Origin: Botryllus schlosseri
Lineage: Eukaryota
Assembly: GCA_051294905.1 (NCBI GenBank)
Contig: CM119372.1
Location: 29,018,001 to 29,082,000 of the forward strand
Reading direction: 5' to 3'
DNA length: 64,000 nucleotides
Position numbers and translations under genes: made by a program. Shown piece by piece: positions 26,132-37,748 of the stretch. Each line of letters opens with the position of its first letter. The stretch's first letter is position 1. Under the pieces are notes generated by a model. The model was not told the DNA's origin, made no database searches, and worked only from the letters and a program-made list of their open reading frames with translations.

Positions 26132-27849
26132 CTTTTGACTATCTGGAGTTATCCAATACAGTAAATAGAAAGAGCTTATCTCTTGTTAGGTAGCTCAGTC
26201 GAATGTAGATTTTAAGTGACAGATTAGAATTGATATACTATGGTGCAAAGGCAAACTTGCATCAATATTTGACACTCGATATGTTAATATTTTGTCAATT
26301 GGCACACTACATATGAACGGTTGTCGACTTCAGATGTAGACCAGGTAATACATGCGTTGGCATCCATTTTAGATGACGACGCGCTGGTTGTAAAACTGAT
26401 AAAAAGAGTTGGGGGTTAGAAGAGGAAATCTGATTATTTAATCCGTGTCTGTGTCATTGGGAAAACAACATGCCTAATGTCTAACGTTGAGTCATCGGAG
26501 TCCGACCACGTTGGCCGTGAGCTTCGTGAAGTATAGCCTAATATTTCAGTGCTGGTACCAAAGGTTAATCCATTGCCTCCGTGTTTACAATACCTTGTTC
26601 TTGCAGTTCTGCAAACACAGCGGATAAATTGAGTCGCCTATCATGCCTTGTCACGGGAATCTGACAGATGTCGATTAGCAATGTTCCTATTGTAAGTGCG
26701 TTGAAGTACTATACCAAACACGTATCGCAGTGTCATGGTAAAAATGAACATTGTAATTTGAGGAAACGCATCAGCTGTCAGACGAGAAGCCTACGAAGAT
26801 ATGAATCGGGTAATAAACTATTGCACTGTCAATCTTCTTCAACATCTGAGCACAATGCGCTGTTATTCTTTGTTAAAACTATTATATGGTGAAATTACTT
26901 CGTATCTGCTCTGGAATGATGGTGGAAGACTTGCAATCCACTTTATACGGAAGGTTACCCGACATCTTGGCGTGCGAGAAAGTGAAACACAACACTTGAG
27001 CACGCGACACATGAGCAATTGAGCATGTAACTTTATTCCAGTGTTCCAAGCGCCGAAATCACATACTCAATCGTCGCTTGGTCATTATGTCAACGGATCA
27101 ATACGTATATTCCGAGCCTCCGTTGCGAGAAACAAAAAGGAACAACTCGACCTCCTTTTCAACGACTTATTTAAACAGCCGCTCAATTGTAATAATCTTA
27201 TACTTCAAATGTAGAGTGTGAAAGTTCAAGATGTACAATCGGTTGAGCAGGGCATTTGTCCAGTTCGCATATCAGTAACGTTCAATCTGAGTTTACCTTG
27301 TTAGCACAACCAGACGTTTGAGTACATTACCGATTGTGTCGACATGTAAGCCTACTATTCGAAAAAGTTTCCATCAAAGCATGGTGCTGGTGCTTGTCGT
27401 TGTTCTTTTTCGAGGTAGCGGTGCATGTTGGTAACCAGAATCATCGTACAGTAGTGATTTCCCCACTCATACTGACTGCAGAACAGATCTGGACATTTTA
27501 CTACCCGCTGGCCAAATCCGCGACGCGATCCTGACCGACCCCCGAAAAGTTTCTTGGAATTAATAACACAAAAACTACTTTTGAATGTTATTGTGAAATG
27601 CGATTACTTTGAAATTTCTTTATTTATAGACCGTGATTACGTAGCTTAGGTAAATCGTATCCGTATAATCCAGATTAAAAATATCGTCAATATAAAAAGT
27701 ATGCCATGACAATTGAAGTCACAAGTCACTGTTTCTAAACAGTATATTGCTTCAAATTTCAACAAATCCAAATTCCCAATTCGCAAAACAAGTCAATCAG
27801 TGCACGTTATTACCAGTAAGCATCACCTATAGACGATGAACGGCCATGT

Positions 27850-28145
27850 CAATAACGGAAAGTTGAGGGCTGAAGGCCGGAATTTCAAGAAAAGTATTTG
27901 TTTACTAAAGTCAGAGGTCAACCCGTCCTTTTAGTTAGGGTGATCAGGGTGCATGTCGCCGTGTTCAAAAAGTATAATTTGAGTCGGCAATATGAGAAAG
28001 AACACGCAGACAGACACTCCGCTGAGGCTGAGAGAGCGCGAATCTCGCTAGACCTGTTAGCGAAGATAGTAAAGCAACAAGTCTATTTTATTAAGCTACA
28101 CAATGATAGGGATGGAGCGAACAAAACCAGCTTTGCAGTATCCCA
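27850..28145 (+). pseudogene. Decayed SPIN/Charlie (GTF2IRD2-like) hAT transposase N-terminus
   Basis: RKVEG..RNFK...YLFTKVRGQPV...VAVFKKYNLSRQYEKEH resembles the BED-finger region of this family. Confidence 0.7.
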
Positions 28146-28364
28146 AGTACATTTTATGTATTGATAGAAACCGAGTGTCGGGGTAATAAAAGAGTTTACC
28201 ATTGTTGTGAAAAAAGACGGCAAATAAAGATTACGTTTTGTTAATAAACCCTCACTTTCTCATTACCTAATATCAACACATCCACTGAGCGGCAGCAATC
28301 AACAACGTGATTAACTGCTTACCCCGCGGAGTATCCAGTTGGGAAAATGAATACAAGTCCCCGC

Positions 28365-28632
28365 TGTTGTTGTTGGTTATGATATACATGGTGTTTCGAC
28401 TACGTTTGTTATTTTACACCAGGCTGATATTCCTCACTATGATTCCGTAACACCGACTTCTAGCACGGCCCAATTCTATGCTTTTTTAAACAAGCGATTC
28501 ACGTAGCGAGGAGCCTAGATAAACCTCCAACACTTGGGTAGGAATTCTGGAGTCGATCTCGGTCGGATTCGAACCCACAGCCCATGGGTCTTGAGGCTGT
28601 TGGACGTACCACTACTCTACTTCGCCACGGGC
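28365..28632 (-). mobile_element. SINE family A, full-length reverse copy
   Basis: Reverse complement has A box TAGAGTAGTGG, B box GGTTCGAATCC and the SINE A body. Confidence 0.82.
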
Positions 28633-29035
28633 AAGCCCCTGCTCTAGAACAACGAACATGGAATGTCTACCGACTATACGCGACTATGCAAGTGGTAGAA
28701 AACTCGTTTCGATGATATGCTTGTGACGTAATATTGAACAACGAGGGTAACGACTTCATCATTTCTTTTGTCATTATGATACTATTTCTTCTTCAGTTTA
28801 TTCCATAATACTTGCAAAACTCATTTCATGCGATTATCAATAGTCCATGTATAGCACTAAAAAGTTGTGTAATCGTCCCATTTCCAAGCAAACGAATGTA
28901 ACGCAATCAACTACGATTACTTCGAGTTTATTTTCAACGCAATCGGATACGATAACGAATACTTACAATATTGTTTTATATACGTAATAGATAATGCATT
29001 ACGGATGCAATCGTGAATACCCCATGTATGGATAC

Positions 29036-30681
29036 TAGGGTTGTCCAAAATTTCAAAAATCTTACAAATCCTCCGTTGTAATGTCTTATTCTATAGATTA
29101 TTGATAAAAAACGACACTGAACCTAAAAGAAACTTACAGGAAGGCCGTTAAGATTTCGTGCAAAGCGTTTGAAAGTAGCTGCCGAAGAATGGGCGTGCCA
29201 CCGACCATAGAACGGCGAGAAGCCTAGTAATCACGAAACCACGGCTCTTGATTGGCTAATCGGCTATGCTTCAATGACCACGAAAGCAGCAGCTTGATGA
29301 TGAGGTGATCAAGGAGTCTGCTACCGGCGGCGATTCTGATACCCCATTGTATGTAGGTTGACTGATAATGACTTAGGATTGTTTAGGGTATGTTGAGGTA
29401 CGAAATACATGATGTACAAACAACTGCTGCTTCACAAAAACGTCCAAAGCATGACTGCTTTATTGTGAAAGAAACCGCCTTAGCTGATATGCCTTGTTTT
29501 CAACGAGGGAAAGCATAGGCGCTTATGCAAGTGGCGACGGATTCCTAGTTTCAGAAAGGATCTATCATTATTGAATACAAATATAAAGCTTAACAATGAC
29601 ACTACTTTGTCTGTGTGAGCTTATAGGGCTCAGGTTGTAGTACATAGTTGAAGTTGTGAAAGCTCCAAGGATCGGCTGAATCAGCGGGTTAGCTTGGCAC
29701 TTATCAGATGCTTTTACATCAAATTGTATTCACTTGCAAGTGTTGTCAAAGACCTTGATGCTGGTGCAGAAAAGAGGTGTAAAAGTAAGCACATACTATG
29801 CTGGATATGATATGCCAAAGGCCTTGATAATCGTGCATAAAAGGGGTGTAAGGGAAAGCACAGACAATGCTGCATAGTGCATAGTATCCAGCATAGTGTT
29901 TATATAATATCAAGCATAGTCCGTGCTTACATTTACACCTCGTCTCTGCGGCATCATTAGGGACTTTGAAAACACTTACAAGTGAGAATTCAATTTGCTG
30001 TAGACATCTGATAAGTGCCAAGCCTAACCGTCTGATTCAACCGATCCCTAGATCATTCAAAACTTCAACTACGTACTACAACCTGAGCCCAATAAGATCA
30101 CACAAATTGAAGTGTCATTGTTAGGCTTTATATTTGTATTCAATAATGATATAGCCTTTCTGAAACAATAAGGAATCCGTCGCCACTTGCATAAGCGCCT
30201 ATGCTTTCCCTCGTTGAAAACAAGACATATAGGCTACTGCGGTTTCCTACACAATAAAGCAGTCATAATTTAGACGTTTTTGTGAAGCAGTTGTTGTTTT
30301 TACATCATGTATTTCGTACCTCAACATACCCTAAACAATCCTAAGTCATTTTCAGTCAACCTACATGCAATGCGGTTTCAGAATCGCCGCCGGTAGCAGA
30401 CTCCTTGATCACCTCATCATCAAGCTGCTGCTGTCGTGGTCATTGAAGCATAGCCGATTAGCCAATCAAGAGCCGTGGTTTCGTGATTACTAGGCTTCTC
30501 GCCGTTCTATGGTCGGTGGCACGCCCATTCTTGGGCAGCTACTTTCAAACGCTTTGCACGAAATCTTAACGGCCTTCCTGTGAGCTTCTTTTAGGCCCAG
30601 TGTCGTTTTTTATCAACAATCTATAGAATAAGACATTACAACGGAAGATTTGTAAGATTTTCCAAATTTTGGACAACCCTA
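29036..30681. mobile_element. Foldback element with ~680-bp inverted arms
   Basis: Termini TAGGGTTGTCCAAAATTT / AAATTTTGGACAACCCTA, perfect 8-bp TSD ATGGATAC; arms ~29036-29712 and ~30001-30681 align over their whole length. Confidence 0.93.
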
Positions 30682-30975
30682 ATGGATACTGGCAATGTAT
30701 TTCGGTGTTCTCGCCCAGTTACTGGCGACTGGTCGTTAGCCTCAAAAGCAAATTTAGATTCGTGCTCGATTTCGGTTAATTTCCTGCTATTTCCCTACAT
30801 ACAATGGGCCTACTCGTGAATTCCTTTTGAAGTGTTGTAGGTTTATCCACGCTTCTCTCCACGTGATCCGTGTAATCGGTGTCTTATAAAAGCCTAGAAG
30901 TGGGCCGTGCTACATGTCGGTAAATAGGGAATTAAAAATTATAATAGTATCGGCTTGGTGTAAAATGACCAAGGG

Positions 30976-31413
30976 TAGGGTTACCATATTTTAAGATCCG
31001 AGAAAAAGGACACTTTTCAAAAATTCTGAAAGCTCTAAGAAAACTGATAATTTTGAGAATTTTTCGATCAATAGTAGTGTGTCGACTAAAATATTAAAAA
31101 AGGTCATCACTTTGACTCGATTCCCGAATGATCCGTATTTTGCGTTACTTTTGTGGTGTTGACTAAAAGAAAAGTAATCTTTCCCATCTCCACTCCCGAA
31201 ATACCCGTCGCGCCGTATTTTTCGTCGATTGTCTTGCCAACTTTGTCGTTCGCTGCGTCGGAGTCGAGGTTCTGATCGCATTTTATAACTTTCTTTTTAT
31301 AAAAAGACGACAAATTTCTAAAAAAGAGGACATTTAGGCGTTTTTCGAGGACACTTTCAATTTATTGAAAAAAGAGGACAAATCCTCTTAAAAGAAGACA
31401 TATGGTAACCCTA
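30976..31413. mobile_element. MITE (TIR TAGGGTTACCATAT) inserted in a SINE A copy
   Basis: Imperfect 8-bp TSD ACCAAGGG/ACCAATGT; splits SINE A (~30815-30975 and 31414-31462); related ends at 42996 and 57677. Confidence 0.8.
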
Positions 31414-32495
31414 ACCAATGTAGCGGAAACACCATGAATATCAAACAAACAAACAAAACAAAGAATGATGGGCGTACTATAACCGGGTATACTGCGAGGG
31501 CTTCCTAACTTGCCTAGACAGACTGCGCATCCAGACTTAAACAACGTTAGACTAATTAGGGAAAACAGTGCGTGTCTGGTAGTTAACTTTACAACTATAT
31601 ATGTTTTGTATAGCTTATAGCTGCGTGTTTTTAGCAACAATTTTAATTTTTAATATTACTCACTATTATAATATGGAGCTACATATTAACATGACATACT
31701 CTCCACAAGAATTTGAATTGAACCTTGATTCAAGTGATTGAGCCGAAGATGAAAAAAACTACAAAATCAGAACTAAGCAACTGCTAGAATCACTATACGC
31801 CCTTACTTTGAGCTTGTCGTTTTTGGGAATACAATAGTTCCAAGTCGAATCTAATTTGGAAACAAAAATGTGTTGTCGTAATTCTTATCCTAATATAAGT
31901 TGTAAAACACTGTGTAGCTGTAATTCTAATTCTAATATAATTCCAAAAAGCAGAAAATTTTCTAGTTTCCATGTTTTCGCACATCGCATATCCTTGCACG
32001 AAAACATACCAAGGAAATTTTGTAAGCCTACTTGAATATCGCCGTGCCATCATATTCTATTTAACCACGATTTACGATCTGAATGGCCTCACCTCGTTCA
32101 GACTCCTCTAGTGTAGGGATTGAGATGCGGCTTTTACGTCCCTGGATAAGAATATATATTTGGAGTCTGGATGCGTGTCTAAACAATTTATCGTGATACG
32201 CGTCGTTATGCTTAGCTCAATGGGAACGAGCATATGGAGATTGTCGTGCCAACAAAGGAAAGGCGATCTATCTTCCTATTCATTTATTTTCACTGCTAAT
32301 GCCAACTCTGTGCGACAGTATTGTCATAATGACGTAGCGGACCGAATCCAGCGTAATGCACCATTCTGATGTCGCGAGGATGTGAATTGGCTCAAGGAGA
32401 AATTGAGGACAGAGCAGTGGCACCTTTTGTCCCGCAGGCGACATCAGTCATCACACGTTTCATGAATGATTCTAAGGGGTTATGTACTAATACCG

Positions 32496-32610
32496 AGAAT
32501 GTTAATTCCGAGAATGCACATCATCGAGAATGTACATAACCTAGCATGGCATTACCGAGAAAAGCACGACCGAGAATGGACATTACCGAGAAGGACGTTA
32601 CCGAGAATGA
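32496..32610 (+). repeat. Degenerate ~15-bp tandem repeat (ACCGAGAATGGACATT-like)
   Basis: About seven CCGAGAA-containing units in tandem. Confidence 0.75.
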
Positions 32611-32723
32611 CGTCTATTCGTCAGATTTGACGCCGAATGTACACACATATGGTTTCAGTAATCTCAACATCTGTGGTTCCTTAAATTTCAACTTACTGTC
32701 AATATCTGGGCCATGGTTATAGG

Positions 32724-34039
32724 CAGGCCGTGTTATTTTTGGCATTTCAGGAGCCAGATGCCAAAACTGCCAAAAATAAAAATTTGAAAATGCCAAAAAT
32801 AAGCAATTTTTGGCATATGCCAAAAACAACACGGCCTGCCAATAGCGTAGTTCGTTCATGGTGTTATGTTAACGGGGCCGCGATACAAGCGAGAAGAGCG
32901 TGTCTGAAGGGCAGGTTTCGGTCCAGCCCACTCATTAGGGGTGAAAGCATGGTGTCCTAAATGATGTGGGCACAGCGAGATTGAGCGGCTGACTGCATTT
33001 GGTTTTCATCATACTTTCCATTTGTCCAAAGGCAATTTTACGACGATTTTTGACCCGCTTGCCGAGCGCTAAATTTGATAAAACGGGTATCAATGGAAAG
33101 CTGCCGCTGTACTGATTACTAAAATATTAATTGTATTCTGCTCATGGATCTGGAACCTCCAAAATCAACCACGATTTTTGCATTGTGATCGAGTTGAACA
33201 TTGTGACACAACAAACTGTCTGGCTATTCTGAGCTGCAGTCTCGTTTTGCCAGATAGTGTCTTGTTGCGTCAATGTTCTTAAACAAGCTAACACTCCCAG
33301 GACTCTTCCATGTGACTTGGTAATACTAAAGCCACCTGAAGTGACAAAAGTCCTCCGAAAATATCTCGATAGACTGAAGGAGATGGGATGGTCGGGCTAC
33401 AAAATAGAATGTGTTGAGAGACAACACAGGAAACTCCCGGAAAAGTATTGTGAAGAAAATTCTTTCCGCGATGAGATCGATGGCACTAGCGAAGTGATTT
33501 CTTTTCATGATGCTTGGAAGCCGGTTCGGCTCTCCGAAAATTTTGAAGCTCTGAAAACCTGTTAGGAGGACTGGCTACATTCTTTCCCTGAACGGCTACT
33601 GTTGAATCCGATATTTCCCAGATTCGACCTGCGTATGGAAGCACTGTTACAGTGCAAACAATATGAGTCTATTCAACAGCTATAGCAATCAGGTGGTGAG
33701 CGTGTTTGTTAGGCTTCTCTTTCTTTTTGCCTATTGGTACCGATTCCGAGATGATACTGCAAATTTTGTGTTTTCGTTTGATATGATTAACCTATGAAAT
33801 CGCTAGGTTTTTTCTTCTTCTTATTGTTTGTTGGCACTGATTATAAGTGTAGGCCTATGCTGTACATTTTGTGGTTTCTTTTGATAAACTGACCCAAATA
33901 AAGCGTTTCTATGACTAATTCGAGTCTGAAACTATCTATTTAGAGGACGATGCCAAAATTGCCAAAAATAAAAATTGAAAAATGCCAAAAATAAGCTATT
34001 TTTGGCAGTTTTGGCATATGCCAAAAATAACACGGCCTG
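32724..34039. mobile_element. Composite hAT-type MITE carrying a foreign transposon fragment
   Basis: TIR CAGGCCGTGTTATT, perfect TSD GTTATAGG (32716-32723, 34040-34047); an internal right end at 32838 lacks the TSD. Confidence 0.85.
33285..33675 (+). pseudogene. C-terminal fragment of an atypical hAT-like transposase
   Basis: PRTLPCDLV...RL...W...IECVERQHRKL...Y...IDG...SFHDAW...FEALK, then (frameshift) GGLATFFP*TATVESDIS and DLRMEALLQCKQY; resembles a P-x-T-A-x-VE-x-x-FS dimerisation motif. Confidence 0.65.
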
Positions 34040-34821
34040 GTTATAGGTGTCGGATGCTAATTCTCCGTAGGTATGTGCGGGTTCATAAACGTCACAAAGG
34101 TATGACGTCATCATGTGATATAATTAATAACCAATCTAAATGCAAAATATCTACTATTATAGCGCCTCGTGAGCGTTTTTATCGCCAATTACTTAGTGCC
34201 TTGTATATGGTGACAAAATTACCATACTATCAAGCAGGCGCGTACGGCGTATCCAGCCGAAAAAGAGCGGAGTTGAAAACACGCGGCAGGTCTGAAAATT
34301 TTACAAATTTAAATAAACAAGCCTTCGTTTGTGACTGCGGTTGCTATTTTTTGTTCTTTATTTGATGATGCGACTCATGGTTTTAGGGAATCAGTTTGCA
34401 AGTCACCTGTCCTTCATTTTTATTTTGTTTTCTAATCGTTTCTATTGTTCGATATTAGTGATTAGATCGTTTTTTTAATGTTTAATTGTCCTTTCGCTGG
34501 CCTATATATTTTCCTCGTTGCTGTTGTATCATTTTGCATTCTATCGAGCATCGGACGAGCAATCACTATTGGGAATCTCCCGCTTATAGGCCTACATCTT
34601 CATAACGAAAGCATGAATCTACGATTCTACGTTGTTGTTCAATTTGGAATTCTTGGTTGTGTTAGATTGAATAAAAGACCGATATTCAACGTTTGTCGAG
34701 TCCATATTAGAAAACTCTGAACTGAATGTGGAATTTTTGCCTTCTTAGAATGTTGCGTCAATGTTAAATTGTTATTGATGGATACTTTAGTAACAACTTA
34801 ACACTGCCGACAGGTGGTTAT

Positions 34822-37748
34822 TGCAATTACGAAAGACACCGGGAAGACCCCAATTCCGTGGTGGACTCAAGAATGTGATCGGGCTATACGACGGAAGCGC
34901 GCGTCATTCCTCAAAATGCGACGTAGCTTCCACATCGACGATATCATACGATACAAGCATATGAGGTCTCAGTGCCGACGTACCATCTTGAAAGCGAAGT
35001 GTATCTGCTGGGAGAAATTTTGTGGGACCTTGAATAAAAATACAGGAATTTCTAGAGTTTGGAGTACAATACCGGCGCTTTCAGGAACGCGAAAGTTACC
35101 CACCATACCACCCCTCGAGCTACACAACGGTACAATCACTGACGACAGAGAGAAAGCAAATGCAATGGCGGCAGAGTTTTCCTCAGCAGTTCAGGGAACT
35201 ACCGAACCGAATTCGTACGAATCAAGCATAATCTCGAACGGCAATTCTCTGTACCCCGCCTTCTATGTACCAATGACCCTATAAACAAACCGTTCAGTAT
35301 GGAAGAGCTCAAATACGCCATGTCATCACGCAAAAACACTGCTCCAGGCGAGGATTCAATTTGCTATTTGATGTTGAAAAACCTCTCGCACTTGGCACTA
35401 CAGAAATTACTGAATCTGTTTAATCAGTCCTGGACAAGTGGCGACCTTCCATATGATTGGCAGCATTCGTTGGTCATACCGATCTTGAAAAAAGACAAAA
35501 ACCCTTCTAATACGACGTCGTACCGCCCTATCGCACTTACTGGTCATGTGTGTAAGATTATGGAGTGTATGGTGAGTCAACGACTACGCAGGTACCTAGA
35601 ATCGAATGACTTACTGAATAGGTCTCAATCGGATTTTCGTAATGGACGCAGTACTCTCGATCATATACTACGACTTCACGATGAAGCATACAAGGCTATT
35701 CACAACCAGCGAACTGTCGTTGCAGTTTTTTTGGACATTAAAAGCGCATACGACATGGTGTGGCGCAACGGGCTTCTATATAAACTTGATCAATTAGGTA
35801 TAAAAGGTCAAATGTTATCCTGGATCGCTGGCTTTCTTTCAAATAGATCATTCCAAGTTAGAGTGGGAAATAGCCTATCTGAAAAGCAAGTTCTCGAGAA
35901 TGGTATTCCACAGGGAAGTACTATTTCACCTCTACTCTTCACAGTTATGATCAACGACTTACCCTCGGTCATAGGTTGTGAGAATTCTCTTTTCGCGGAT
36001 GATTGTGCCATATGGCAAAGTGGTCTCAACGTAATATCGCTAATTTCAGAGGTACAAATGTCCTTGGATGCAATCGAGCGCTATTGTTTACAATGGGGCT
36101 TCATACTATCGAAATCAAAAAACGTAGCAATGTATTTTACTAAGAAGCGCTCGCTCCGGGTTACATTTGATAAAAAACTATCGTATAAACATCATATAGA
36201 GGAAATAAGTGCTAAATGCAGCAGGAGATTGAATATGCTCCGCCTCCTCACAGGTACCACATGGGGTGCCGGTAAAGAAACTCTACTGATCGTGTACAGA
36301 ACGTTTATCCGGTCACTTATTGACTATGCACTGCCCGCGTATTGTTTCGCTCCTAAATGCCACCTACAGCGGCTCCAGACGATACAAAACACAGCGCTAC
36401 GGATCTGCTGTGGAGCTATGCGTAGCACACCCGTCTGCGTATTGCAAGCAGCGTGCGGCGAAATGCCCTTACACATACGACACAAGTATCTAAGCATGAA
36501 CTACCGATGCCAATTACTTGGACAACAACCGTCTCGACATCCTTATCTTAACGTAATAGAAGACTCATGGCATGAAATATACTGCATCACAAAACCGAAT
36601 TTTAAAACTTTTAACATCATTTCACGATCGCATATTCTCGACAGCGTGACTGTTGAGACACAACAGTGGTTAACCACACCACCATGGACAATACCGATCC
36701 CCGTCGCAGACCTGGATCTACTTAAATACACTTCGAAATGCGAAATACTGGAAAACATCAAATCCATATGCCTAGATTTCATGTTTGAACGATATTGGGG
36801 CAGTGTGGCAATCTACACAGACGGCTCCAAAAATTCCAATGGCGCTGGTTACGGGGTCTATATCTTCCTGTACATGATATCGCAATCTCTCGTACCTGCT
36901 CACCGATATCATCAGCCTTTACAGTGGAATTGAAGGCGATTCAGCATGCATTATTTTGGATACTCGACCACGGCACGCGAAACCACAGTTACGTCATCTT
37001 CTCAGATTGCCTATCCGCATTAACGGCGGTTTCTAGACCTCTGAACCGACCATCAAATAACGTGATTGCATCCATATTGGAAATATTTAAACATATCCAT
37101 GATTCCGCTATAACTGTTGAATTTTCTTGGGTTCCAGGACACGCAGGAATTCCAGGTAACGAACAGGCAGACGAATTAGCCCGAGTAGGCTCGTCAACGC
37201 AAGATCGATCGAGCCATACTCCAATCATTACCGTGCCAGACGCCAAAGCCGCGATGAAGAGAGTTATCCAGGAGATCTGGCAATGCGAATACTCTGCCGA
37301 TGAACGGGGATCACACCACAAGCAATTCCACAGCACACTCACCACAGGACCCGAGAAAAACGGCAGTCGCCATATCGAACGCCTGATATTTCGATTACGG
37401 TCAGGACACTGTGGAGTAGCATCCCACTTATTCAGAATCGGCTGCCCGGACTCTTCAATGTGCGAAGAATGCGATGTCATCGAAACAGTCGAACACTTTT
37501 TAATATCATGCATTAAATACGACTTTCATCGATCGTTTTTAATAACCTATTGCAATCAGTTACATATGCCGTTCACCATACGCAACCTACTCTCGTTATC
37601 GCAATTGTCCACCGCCGTCGCCGAGTTTGTGATAAGTTGTAATAAGTTCATTTAGTTACTGGTTGATTTGAATTTCCTGATGACCGTGGCGCACAAGGCC
37701 ATAAATGGCGAAAAGCACCACTCATATTTGTAATAATAATAGTAATAA
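34822..37748 (+). mobile_element. 5'-truncated non-LTR retrotransposon with RT + RNase H + CCHC (I/Nimb-like), (TAA)n tail
   Basis: PWW, APGED, YRPIAL, FLDIKSAYD, GIPQGS, LFADD, YTDGSK, WVPGHAGIPGNEQAD, C-x2-C-x7-H-x4-C; two frameshifts and a small deletion after the RT core; left TSD 34810-34821. Confidence 0.92.

Noticed and set aside
26340..27480. Coding-looking unique region, including NALLNRLYILNF (helicase-like) and a plus-strand WND
   Set aside because: Frames carry many stops and no consistent motif set or exon chain could be built.
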